DNA of 58,306 nt, from the NCBI GenBank assembly GCA_964529905.1, contig CAZGXJ010000005.1:1-58306 (forward strand), given 5' to 3'. The notes below the pieces were generated by a model. The model was given only the letters and a program-made list of their open reading frames with translations. It did no database searches and was not told the origin of the DNA. Numbering within the stretch: the stretch's first letter is position 1; each line of letters starts with the position of its first letter. This DNA is from an uncultured Nitrososphaeria archaeon (GTDB lineage: Archaea; Thermoproteota; Nitrososphaeria; Geothermarchaeales; JDFR-13). Both the position numbers and the translations under genes were made by a program. Positions 1 to 8,704 of this stretch are shown one piece after another.

Positions 1-425
1 GATACGTTATAGAATGTTATGGTATCCGCTTGGAAATGTGTTTTTCTATAGCCTCCTCTTAGTAGGAGGTTCTCAGCTACATATGTGAATTCAGGTTTAA
101 CCATCGACTCGTCCAGTTTTCTTTCAGGCTTTAAATATAGCCTAAACGGGAAATAATATGTTTTACGAGATGTTTTGAAGGTTATAGGTTCCCAAGGAGG
201 TAATGTCTCAGCATCTTTAAAAGCTACCTTCTTGACGACTTTATATAGATTCTTGATTCGAGCGCCATATAGAAATGAGATATAGTCTCCAACATCTATA
301 TCGAGAAAAGCCCAGAAACCATTTATGCTATTTGTAAATCCAGCCAAAGCATATTTAATACATAACTCTAAATTTTTTCTATTCGATACTGAAACAAGGA
401 AATAGCTTGGTATAGTGCCACTCAT
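1..425 (-). CDS. Partial CDS running off the left end; EVE/PUA-like domain protein (not in ORF track)
   Basis: Manual translation from ATG at 425 (GGTG upstream): [30 protein letters not shown]...[12 protein letters not shown]...PPW...YFPFRLYL..., open to window edge. The N..LC....aG / GD.i.F / W...fP.R pattern resembles EVE/PUA folds. Confidence 0.6.
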   Translation of the reverse strand, partial: MSGTIPSYFLVSVSNRKNLELCIKYALAGFTNSINGFWAFLDIDVGDYISFLYGARIKNLYKVVKKVAFKDAETLPPWEPITFKTSRKTYYFPFRLYLKPERKLDESMVKPEFTYVAENLLLRGGYRKTHFQADTITFYNV

Positions 426-548
426 ATTATACACCAATAATTTTAAATAATAAGAAACAGCGGTAAAATACATCTAAATTTGGGGGAACCTCAAGCTTCA
501 TAAAGCAGGCTCCTTTTTCTAAAACATTAAGATTTAATAATATTTAAT

Positions 549-974
549 GTGTATGAAGCATATCTACTTCTCATACCTATAGATAAGGATGTCTTCATAC
601 ATGTCGGAAACCTAGATGAAATAAAATTTATTAAAGGTGTATATGTATATGTCGGTTCAGGCGGAAGGAACGTTTTTAAGAGGCTAGAGAGACATTTTAA
701 AAGGGTTAAAAAGGTTAGGTGGCATATCGACTATTTAACTAGCCAGTTTCAACCACATTCAGCCTACATCATTCCCAATACATCTGAAGAGGAAATTGTA
801 GAAATTTTAATCAGAAAATATCCATATGTAAGGGGCTTCGGCTCATCCGACACAAAATATCCATCACATCTATTCCACCTCAAAAACAAAACAGAAATAA
901 AGAAGCTTCTAAACCACCTAAGAAACAAGGGATATAAACCCATAAAATACACACCAAAAAACCAAAACAGTTAA
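549..974 (+). CDS. GIY-YIG (Uri superfamily) endonuclease, DUF123 family
   Basis: GVYVYVGS, RLERH, K.RWHIDYL, GFGSSD..SHLF motifs. Confidence 0.85.
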   Translation: MYEAYLLLIPIDKDVFIHVGNLDEIKFIKGVYVYVGSGGRNVFKRLERHFKRVKKVRWHIDYLTSQFQPHSAYIIPNTSEEEIVEILIRKYPYVRGFGSSDTKYPSHLFHLKNKTEIKKLLNHLRNKGYKPIKYTPKNQNS

Positions 975-1006
975 ACAAAAGAAACACATTCACCAAACTC
1001 TACCTC

Positions 1007-1014
1007 TTTATAAA
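1007..1014 (+). promoter_or_regulatory. TATA box (TTTATAAA) predicting a transcription start near 1037
   Basis: Canonical archaeal TATA about 23 nt before the first hairpin of the structured element. Confidence 0.5.
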
Positions 1015-1036
1015 TGTTAACTCGCCTATTTAGTGG

Positions 1037-1357
1037 GATGATCCTACATAGCAAAATATGATGCTATGTAGGTGAACAACCATAGGAATGACGAGACATC
1101 CCTATGGCGAAAAGGGAGAAGGGTAGATAAATACAGAGAAGAAACATTAGCAGAGAAAATGGCGAAGGCATCCCACCGTAGAGGTGGGCCTCCCCAAGAA
1201 TATGGATAGAGAGGCATACCCGATGAACCAACCAATAATTTAAGTAGGCTTTCCATGTGGAGGGGAGAGGCTAAATGATTTAGGGGTCCACATGGGAGGC
1301 CACGGCAAGTATCCACCCATCCCTCCCCTTCCAGCCCCCCTAAAGAAAGTGGGTGGA
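1037..1357 (+). ncRNA. Candidate structured RNA element upstream of and overlapping the LAGLIDADG gene
   Basis: Five stems: 1043-1053/1062-1072 (11 bp), 1080-1086/1101-1107, 1172-1177/1183-1188, 1247-1261/1287-1301 (15 bp, 2 G-U), 1312-1320/1349-1357; locally GC-rich. Confidence 0.5.
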
Positions 1358-2433
1358 AAATATAATAGGGAGATATATCAGGAAGCAAAGGAACTGTACA
1401 ACAAAGGGTACAGTGTTACAAGAATAAGTAGAGATTTTGGTATTCTAATATCTACATTACAGCATTGGCTGAGATATGGTATGGGAGAACATATATACCT
1501 AAACTGAAAAATAGAATATACATTATCGGAATACTATCAAGTGAAACAACTATACAAAGAAGGTTATAACGCATGTGAAATACATGGAAATACTTGGAAT
1601 ACCCAGGATAACAATTAGAAACTGGCTAGCAAGAGGGAAGAGACCTAGAGATACATATTCAGAGACAATAGGAAGGTTCAGTAAATGGATAGAGAAAAAC
1701 CATCCATATAACGATGAATACTATAAGATATTCTATGACCCAACAAAATGGCCATACATAGCCTACCTATACGGAGTAATAATCACCGACGGAACAATAT
1801 TTTATAATATAACATACAAGAGATATGCCATTAGGATAATGGGAGAGAAAATTTTCCTTGAAAGAGTAAACAACATGATCTATAAACTGCTTGGAAGAAG
1901 ATATAGCATTTTCAAAGATAAATTGGGGAATAGATTCATAATAGAAATTACAAGAAAGACATTATGTCAAATAATGAAACTTGGATTACAAAGCATTGAG
2001 CCCTTGATGAATATAATCGGATACAATGAAACAACCAAGAAAGGATTTATTCTTGGAATCGTGGATGGAGATGGGACCTATACTCCAACTGACAACTATG
2101 TTATTATCAAGAAGACAAAACGATGGTGGATAGTATCATATAGTGGATATCTTCTAAAGACATTAGGAGTAAGATATCGATGGATGGTGAACAGGAATGG
2201 AGGTAGGATACGCATCATCAAAAATCGTTATAAAGTAGTTGAAAAGGATAGATTTAGATGGTACTGCAAAGGAAAAGTCTTCATCACAAAGATTGGACCA
2301 ACAATATAGATCACGAAGAGGAAAGGCTTACCAGAAAAAAATTAAAAAGCTGCTCAAAAAAGGTAAAGGATCCATTAAAATAACTTATATACCCCTCCTC
2401 CCTTTTTATCACCACCAAAAAATCTTAAATTAA
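1292..2433 (+). pseudogene. Disrupted free-standing tandem-HTH plus double-motif LAGLIDADG endonuclease
   Basis: HTH1 ELYNKGYSVTRISRDFGI..STLQHW; in-frame TGA 1505-1507; HTH2 QLYKEGYNACEI/MEILGIPRITIRNW split by a frameshift near 1583; motifs YLYGVIITDG and FILGIVDGDG; further break near 2307. Confidence 0.75.
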
Positions 2434-2483
2434 ATAATGGGAAAACCGATTTTTTCTCATAAAATATTTGAAAATATCAAGTA

Positions 2484-2605
2484 TGGTGGGCCCGGCCGGA
2501 TTCGAACCGGCGACCTCTCGCTGGGGGATAACTCTGTCCCCGAGCGGTAGCTTATCAGCCCTACGCATATGGATTGAGCGCGCTACCAGGCTACGCCACG
2601 GGCCC
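2484..2605 (-). tRNA. tRNA-Ile(GAU) with three 15-nt introns (29/30, 37/38, 39/40); CCA encoded
   Basis: Removing 2561-2575, 2538-2552 and 2521-2535 gives a cloverleaf with CTCGG-CT-GAT-AA-CCGAG; each intron forms a full BHB. Confidence 0.92.
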
Positions 2606-2620
2606 TCCATGGGTCATATA

Positions 2621-3091
2621 TTATTTTTGTGTGTTGTTCGTTTTTAAGTTTTTCTGTGTTGTGTCTGTTGCAGTTATTCTTATCGTTAGCTGTGTATTCG
2701 GATTTTTTAATTTGTCTATTAACTCTCTTTTTATGTCTTTAGCCGCCTTATCGGCCTTTATTGCTAGTGTCCTCTCATCTATGTATGTAGATTTTCTTAT
2801 TACTATTGATTTTGGGGAGGTCAGGATTAGCTTATTTGATCCGTATGCATGTATAACATCCTTTATTCCTTCTGCCTCTATCTCTATTGTAATATATGTA
2901 TTATCATTTTTTAGGAGTTTTCTCAGCTCATTTGGAAGGTCTATACAGGCCTTTTCAGACTTTATACCTATTATACAGTCCCCTCTTTCTGTCAGGAAAT
3001 CTTCCTTCGTTATTTCGAATGTCGATTTGTGGGTTGCCTTAATATTTACATGTCCATATGCTTTAAACACGTATTCAATCCTCATTTCCAT
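2621..3091 (-). CDS. DUF371 family protein (likely start near 3085)
   Basis: GH.NI.ATHKSTFEIT, RGDCIIGI, IVIRKS.Y.D.RT, ADKAA motifs. Confidence 0.85.
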   Translation of the reverse strand: MEMRIEYVFKAYGHVNIKATHKSTFEITKEDFLTERGDCIIGIKSEKACIDLPNELRKLLKNDNTYITIEIEAEGIKDVIHAYGSNKLILTSPKSIVIRKSTYIDERTLAIKADKAAKDIKRELIDKLKNPNTQLTIRITATDTTQKNLKTNNTQK

Positions 3092-3740
3092 TGGATTCTT
3101 TCAATGGTACAAATGCTACTGGAAATAATTCCCTCTTAAATATTTTACCTATCCTCTTTTCGATTAGGTATAGTGTTTGGTAGAGTGTATATCCTATTGG
3201 GATCAACATTCTACCATTATCTTTAAGCTGACTTATTAAATATTTGGGAGGTTTTTTGGCTGCGGCCGATACCAAGATCTTATCATAGATCTCGATCTCC
3301 TGTTTAGGCGGCCATCCTAGACTCCCATCTCCATATATAATTGTTACATAGTCTTCGAGACCCGTCTTTTCTATATTTTCCGATGCGAATCTATATAGTG
3401 GATATAAGTATTCTATGGAATATATATGTCCATATCCCCTACCCAATTCAATAATTTTACCTATTAACGCCGCTTGATATCCGCTTCCCGCCCCAATTTC
3501 AAGGACTGAGTCGTTCGGCTGTATATTCAATATTTCTAGATAGTATGCATTCATATGTGGAGCCGATATCGTTTGTCCAGTTTCACCTAATGGAGCCGGC
3601 GAATCTTCATATGCATATTTTTCATATCCTGGCCACATAAAATCTCTTCTATCTATCTCTTGAAATGCTGATATGTAAAGCTTATTCTTTAATATACCAC
3701 TTCTAACCAGTGAATCGACTAGATCCCTATTTGACTTCAT
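3075..3740 (-). CDS. pcm: Protein-L-isoaspartate O-methyltransferase
   Basis: GQTISAPHM, VLEIGAGSGYQAA, GDGS.G, V.FVPL. Confidence 0.93.
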   Translation of the reverse strand: MKSNRDLVDSLVRSGILKNKLYISAFQEIDRRDFMWPGYEKYAYEDSPAPLGETGQTISAPHMNAYYLEILNIQPNDSVLEIGAGSGYQAALIGKIIELGRGYGHIYSIEYLYPLYRFASENIEKTGLEDYVTIIYGDGSLGWPPKQEIEIYDKILVSAAAKKPPKYLISQLKDNGRMLIPIGYTLYQTLYLIEKRIGKIFKRELFPVAFVPLKESNGNED

Positions 3741-5668
3741 TATTCTTTTAAATATGTTGTTGAGAGGAGGTCTAATGGATATGCATCTACACCTATTAAC
3801 TCTTTGATCCCCTGGACCAACGAATATATCTTGGAGATCTCACCATGGACTACATATACATTTCTTAGGAGGTGCTTCAATCTACCAACAAATCCCATAA
3901 GCTGCCTCCTATCACTATGACCTGTAAATCCATCGAACTTCTTAACCTCCATATTCACGGTTATGGTTTTCATCCTTCCTTCATGTAGAATATCTATCTT
4001 CCTATATCCATCTACCAATTTTCTTCCCAGAGTATTTGGAGCCTGATATGATACAAAGGCTAGAATATTCTTCTCAGATTTAGCTAGATTGACAAAGTAT
4101 TCAATTATAGGTCCTCCCTGCATCATACCCGATGTAGATAATATTATAGCTGGACCCTCAGATTCTATAGCTTCACTCCGATCCTCTGAATTCTTAATGG
4201 GAATTATGTTTTCCGAGCTGAAGGGGTTCCTCCCCTCTTTAAGGTCCCTCCTAATCTTTGGATTTAGATATTCTGAGAACATGTAATGTATCTTATTGGC
4301 CTCATCTATCATTCCATCAATATATATCGGCATCTCAGGGATCTTATATCTCTCATCATTTGTATTCAATAGATAGTTTATGACGGCTAGAATCTCCTGC
4401 GCACGTCCAACTCCAGGTGTGGGGATTATAAATTTGCCTCCCCTCTCATATGCCTTCTTAATATATTGTGAAAACTCCCATTCAACTTGACGCCTTGGAG
4501 GTAGTATATCACTTTTAGCCCCATATGTACTCTCCATAACTAGAGTTTCGACTCTAGAAAACTCTGTATAGGCTGCTTCAAGTAGCCTAGTTGGCCCAAA
4601 TTTAAAGTCGCCTGTGAAGAGTATATTATATACACCCTCCCTAATGTGGATGTGTGGCATAGCCGATCCAAGGATATGGCCTGCATTGAAGAACGTCAAC
4701 TTAATATCTGGCGAAACATCTGTAACCTGATTATATCTCAGGGTAATGGTATGTTTAATCATTTCTTTAACGTCATTCATGTTAAATAGCGGTTCAAAAC
4801 CACCCTTACTACTTATCTCCAGAAAGTCCTTCAATAATAACGTCGTTAGATATAGAGTAGGCTCGGTCATATAGACCGGCCCATCATATCCATATTTATA
4901 TAGTAGTGGTATCAAACCGCTGTGGTCGAGATGGGCATGTGTAAGAATGATGGCATCTAGATCATTTAGAAACATATCTATAGCGTCTATCCTTGGAATA
5001 TAATCTGTTAGAGATATTGCATTTACTTTCACCCCAAAATCTATGAGTATCTTACTCTCTGACGTCTTTAACAATATACATGACCTACCTACTTCACCTA
5101 CACCACCTAACCCAATTAGAACGATGTCTTTACTAGGCCTTACCGCATCCCTAAAGATCCTCTCCCCAATATTTGATAAGAGACGTTTATCTCTAGCTTT
5201 TCTCTCATCTAAAACAAATGAATTATATACTTCTGAGAGGACTTCTGGTAGGCTTATGTAATATGACCTAAATTTAGGGATCCATTTAGTAGTCTTTACT
5301 ATTTCAAACGAGATTTCCCTAATATCCTGTTTCTGCAAAGTTTTAGAAAGATAGATATGGACCTCCCCCCTTAAACTATCGAAGAATATCTTTATATCCC
5401 CATTATTTACGCCAAAATCCTTTAAGATCTCATATATTTTTTCCCTTGCGATCTCTCTATCCATCCTAACCTCTGGATCTGATCTAAGGATTAAACGCTT
5501 CTTAAATTTAGAGGCCAATGAACTTATCAACCTGGAATCCTCATAGAACTTCTCTGGTTCTGTAGTATATAGAGCTAGAGCTGGACCTTCATATGTTATA
5601 TTTTTAACTATTGCCTTACCCATTAACTCTTTCATAATCATCAATGTGATATTTCTCATTTCACTCAT
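3740..5668 (-). CDS. fttA: Beta-CASP ribonuclease aCPSF1/FttA with N-terminal KH domains
   Basis: EVGRS, THAHLDH, AGHILGSA, MESTYG, GRAQE, GHSD, VHGE; next to psmB. Confidence 0.93.
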   Translation of the reverse strand: MSEMRNITLMIMKELMGKAIVKNITYEGPALALYTTEPEKFYEDSRLISSLASKFKKRLILRSDPEVRMDREIAREKIYEILKDFGVNNGDIKIFFDSLRGEVHIYLSKTLQKQDIREISFEIVKTTKWIPKFRSYYISLPEVLSEVYNSFVLDERKARDKRLLSNIGERIFRDAVRPSKDIVLIGLGGVGEVGRSCILLKTSESKILIDFGVKVNAISLTDYIPRIDAIDMFLNDLDAIILTHAHLDHSGLIPLLYKYGYDGPVYMTEPTLYLTTLLLKDFLEISSKGGFEPLFNMNDVKEMIKHTITLRYNQVTDVSPDIKLTFFNAGHILGSAMPHIHIREGVYNILFTGDFKFGPTRLLEAAYTEFSRVETLVMESTYGAKSDILPPRRQVEWEFSQYIKKAYERGGKFIIPTPGVGRAQEILAVINYLLNTNDERYKIPEMPIYIDGMIDEANKIHYMFSEYLNPKIRRDLKEGRNPFSSENIIPIKNSEDRSEAIESEGPAIILSTSGMMQGGPIIEYFVNLAKSEKNILAFVSYQAPNTLGRKLVDGYRKIDILHEGRMKTITVNMEVKKFDGFTGHSDRRQLMGFVGRLKHLLRNVYVVHGEISKIYSLVQGIKELIGVDAYPLDLLSTTYLKE

Positions 5669-5750
5669 TACATACCACCACTTTTAATAGAGCCTTTATA
5701 GGCTCTATCTAGACATTTTCTATTTTCTTTTCAGTTCATGAGACCATCAT

Positions 5751-6407
5751 CTATGTTCGAATATCGAGAGAATTTATCAGACTTTCTTTTTCCTCTAGGG
5801 TTAATTCGTGATATCCTTCTTCGTCTATGACGGCCACTATAAAATTATCTCCACTACCTATGTCACGTTTCATAGCTGCTAATAAAGCCTCCATAGCTAA
5901 TTTAACACCTTCTTCCTTATTAAGATTATCTGAGTATCTACTCTCCAATACACCTACCGCCACCAATGAACCTGAACCAGATACTACATACTTATCTTCG
6001 ATGATACTTCCTAGGGGATCCAGCTTATATATGTGGAAACCGGTATTATCTCTTCCTGCAATTATCATCTCCGTAATAAACGGCAATAGCCTATGAGAAT
6101 AAAGAACATTGCTTAGATAATTTGCCACGGCTTTAACCGTTAATTTCTTCTGATATAGATTTTCAAAGAGGTTTAGATGATATTTAACCTGGTCTAATAA
6201 GACTTGAGCATCTGCAACCACACCAGCTATGGTTACCGCAATATTCGGTCTAATACTAAATATCTTTCTCCCATGTTTATGCGCAATGTAGAAGCCTGCA
6301 GTCACTCTAGTATCAGCGGCTAATACTATACCATCTTTACATTTCAAAGCTAAAGTCGTTGTTCCTGTCGAGAGGAATCTATTATCCTTTATAATAGGCC
6401 TCACCAC
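5751..6407 (-). CDS. psmB: Proteasome beta subunit
   Basis: TG/TTT processing site, AADTRVT, SGSG, RD..SG. Confidence 0.95.
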   Translation of the reverse strand: MVRPIIKDNRFLSTGTTTLALKCKDGIVLAADTRVTAGFYIAHKHGRKIFSIRPNIAVTIAGVVADAQVLLDQVKYHLNLFENLYQKKLTVKAVANYLSNVLYSHRLLPFITEMIIAGRDNTGFHIYKLDPLGSIIEDKYVVSGSGSLVAVGVLESRYSDNLNKEEGVKLAMEALLAAMKRDIGSGDNFIVAVIDEEGYHELTLEEKESLINSLDIRT

Positions 6408-6470
6408 GCTTAAATTCTATATTATACTACCATGATGTTTTATATAAATGTTCATACTTATTTCCCCAAT

Positions 6471-7631
6471 TTATGGTAGCTCGATGCCCTTGGCTAAGCC
6501 TAGATTTATAAGATATATGGCTAGGGGCTCTGGCAGAATTACATCCTCCATATAATATGGGCCATATTCCTTACCGGCCCAGACTATCCGAGGTAATATC
6601 TCAACATGTATCTTTGCCATTAATTTTGATGGAATAGACTTCTCTATAATGTTCATCGGATTATCTATATCATCCATTTCCAAATCCTTTTTAATTAAAC
6701 CTGTTTTACCGTGTAGTGAGAGAGGGGCCCTTATAAGCCTACTTAAATCAGTTAATACAGCTGGATCAACCTCCACACCAATCTTCTTTTTAATATATTC
6801 ATTTAACTTTCTCCTGCTTCCCTCACTAACCCTCATATTTCTGAGGGCTTTTAAAGGGTCGTCATACTCAGTCAATATATGTTTAATCCTATTTAGAAGC
6901 ATCTTTAATTCTGGATCATCGATTGTCAACAAGGATTCGAGGTTTTTTAGAAGGATATCAAGGATATATGCATTTCGATCCCTTACATTAAATATATCTA
7001 TTCCATCTAAAACAAGGAGATCTTTAATAGCGATTCTATCTATATCATCTAGGGATATATATGGTTCCTCCTCTATGTGGATATGGAAGCCTCTATGTCC
7101 ACTGAAATATAATTTAATATATTCATCCGGAATCCCTAAATAGGTATTCAATATCGATATTAGAAATTTTAATTTTTGGGTAGCATCAAATATGGTTACA
7201 TCGTCAATTATAGGTATGTTCCTAGTTTCCCCACCGCATTTCTCACATTTATTTTTAAAACTAAAGGCTCTACACTCCTTATTCACACACATATATACGG
7301 ATTTTATCCGTATATTATCCATATGGTCGGCATCTAGATCAAAGATTAGATCTGTGGACTCTCTACCCTTTAACTCCATCTCCTCATCTGGATTTTGATA
7401 GTAAGAAGCTGAATAATATAGGCCTTTAGGGGCCTCCTCCAAAACCAAATCTTTAAATTTGGTCAAGTTATCCTTGTCCAATCTTATATGTCTATACATT
7501 TTATTATCATAAGTAAGTAATGCCCATTCCCTCCTATGAGGATCTTTAACATTTTCAACTATTCTTTCAAAACCACCTTGATAATATATTTTAATATAGT
7601 TTCTTAGATATTTTAGGTCGCCTTTCTTCAT
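6471..7631 (-). CDS. priS: DNA primase catalytic subunit
   Basis: REW, DLIFDLDADH, FSGHRGFH, RLIR.P.SLHGKTG; Cys insert; GINS-B-like C-terminal domain. Confidence 0.93.
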   Translation of the reverse strand: MKKGDLKYLRNYIKIYYQGGFERIVENVKDPHRREWALLTYDNKMYRHIRLDKDNLTKFKDLVLEEAPKGLYYSASYYQNPDEEMELKGRESTDLIFDLDADHMDNIRIKSVYMCVNKECRAFSFKNKCEKCGGETRNIPIIDDVTIFDATQKLKFLISILNTYLGIPDEYIKLYFSGHRGFHIHIEEEPYISLDDIDRIAIKDLLVLDGIDIFNVRDRNAYILDILLKNLESLLTIDDPELKMLLNRIKHILTEYDDPLKALRNMRVSEGSRRKLNEYIKKKIGVEVDPAVLTDLSRLIRAPLSLHGKTGLIKKDLEMDDIDNPMNIIEKSIPSKLMAKIHVEILPRIVWAGKEYGPYYMEDVILPEPLAIYLINLGLAKGIELP

Positions 7632-8662
7632 CTTTTACTCCTCTTCTTGAGATATACGTATTTTAGGGGATGTAATATTCCAAATCTCTTACATGTATCA
7701 TCAGCATAGCAGAAGTTGTAACTAACTATTTTCCGACAGGATGGGACTTTATACCTAATTTTACCCCCACGAATACCTAATATATGCTCCACCTGGTACC
7801 TGGTAACCTTTTCATTAAAATCTGGTGTTACGTTAAATATATTTATTATCTCTTCTTTAGTATATCCAACAGCGTTTAGAAAAGTAACTAATGTGAATCT
7901 TGCTGGATGAGAAAGGCCGCTTCCAACATTCTTAAGGGCATACTTTATACATGGGGGGAATATTTCTATATCTTTAGTTTTTACATCAAATTTGTTTGAA
8001 GTATGTTTAGGTATATGTATGGATAGTTTATCGATATAAAACTTCTTCGACTCTTCGAGGATATAGTCAGGAACTTTCTCAACACTTAGGATTAACTCAT
8101 AAATTTTGCTTTTTATTGCTTCACTAAGCAGCCTAATATATTGTCTCTTCTTTACATATATATACCCATCTCTAATTGGGAAATAGTATATTCTCCAATG
8201 TCTACTTGATAACCTCCTTGAAAATCTTAAGAAATCTATAAAGAATATTCCGATATGAGTATCTCCAAAATATTGATCTATTTTATACCTGAGGCCCAGA
8301 TTAGACCCAAGTTTAACTAGTACATCAAAAGCTTCCCTCGATAAAATCTTATAAATTCTTTTAGATAGTGCTTCAATAAATCTATTCTCTATATAGGAGC
8401 TTTCAAGGGCCCTTACAATCAATAGCTCTAGGTAGAATATTATGAATTTTCTATAGTGGTTTTCAATGGGGTTCCACTCAAGTGTACCCTTTTTAATTAT
8501 ATCTTCTATTTCCTTAAAAGCCTCCTTCAAAAGTTCTTTATCTTCCAATATTTCATTAATGGATAGAGAGAGGGATTGAAGCAATTGAATACTCTTCTTA
8601 TCAAATGGATATTTGGCTGCCCATTCAAAATCCTCATCGATAACTATAGGCATTATACCCAA
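7628..8662 (-). CDS. priL: DNA primase large subunit
   Basis: AKYPF, FPPCI, H..RF, PDF....T.YQVEH, PSC..C..C..HPL Fe-S domain. Confidence 0.93.
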   Translation of the reverse strand: MGIMPIVIDEDFEWAAKYPFDKKSIQLLQSLSLSINEILEDKELLKEAFKEIEDIIKKGTLEWNPIENHYRKFIIFYLELLIVRALESSYIENRFIEALSKRIYKILSREAFDVLVKLGSNLGLRYKIDQYFGDTHIGIFFIDFLRFSRRLSSRHWRIYYFPIRDGYIYVKKRQYIRLLSEAIKSKIYELILSVEKVPDYILEESKKFYIDKLSIHIPKHTSNKFDVKTKDIEIFPPCIKYALKNVGSGLSHPARFTLVTFLNAVGYTKEEIINIFNVTPDFNEKVTRYQVEHILGIRGGKIRYKVPSCRKIVSYNFCYADDTCKRFGILHPLKYVYLKKRSKR

Positions 8663-8704
8663 ATATTTTAGAGGACTGATTCTTAAATAAAAATATTGGT
8701 GAAG

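Noticed and set aside
1021-1357. RNase P RNA, group I intron, hammerhead or H/ACA identity for the structured element
   Set aside because: No GAGGAAAGUCC-type P4, no P7 or CUGANGA core recognised; ACA at 1096 is wrongly spaced from the possible pocket
1044-1388. 114-aa minus-strand ORF
   Set aside because: No recognisable motif; explained by the GC-rich structured element
2521-2552. Single long intron or split-tRNA reading of tRNA-Ile
   Set aside because: Leaves a G31.G39 mismatch and no BHB; two introns around an AC micro-exon satisfy all pairings
2425-2610. 61-aa ORF over tRNA-Ile, and the ORF at 47396-47677 over tRNA-Thr
   Set aside because: Chance frames across tRNA genes
5731-5752. 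Box C/D-like ATGATG...CTGA on the minus strand after psmB
   Set aside because: Only about 10 nt between boxes and no closing stem
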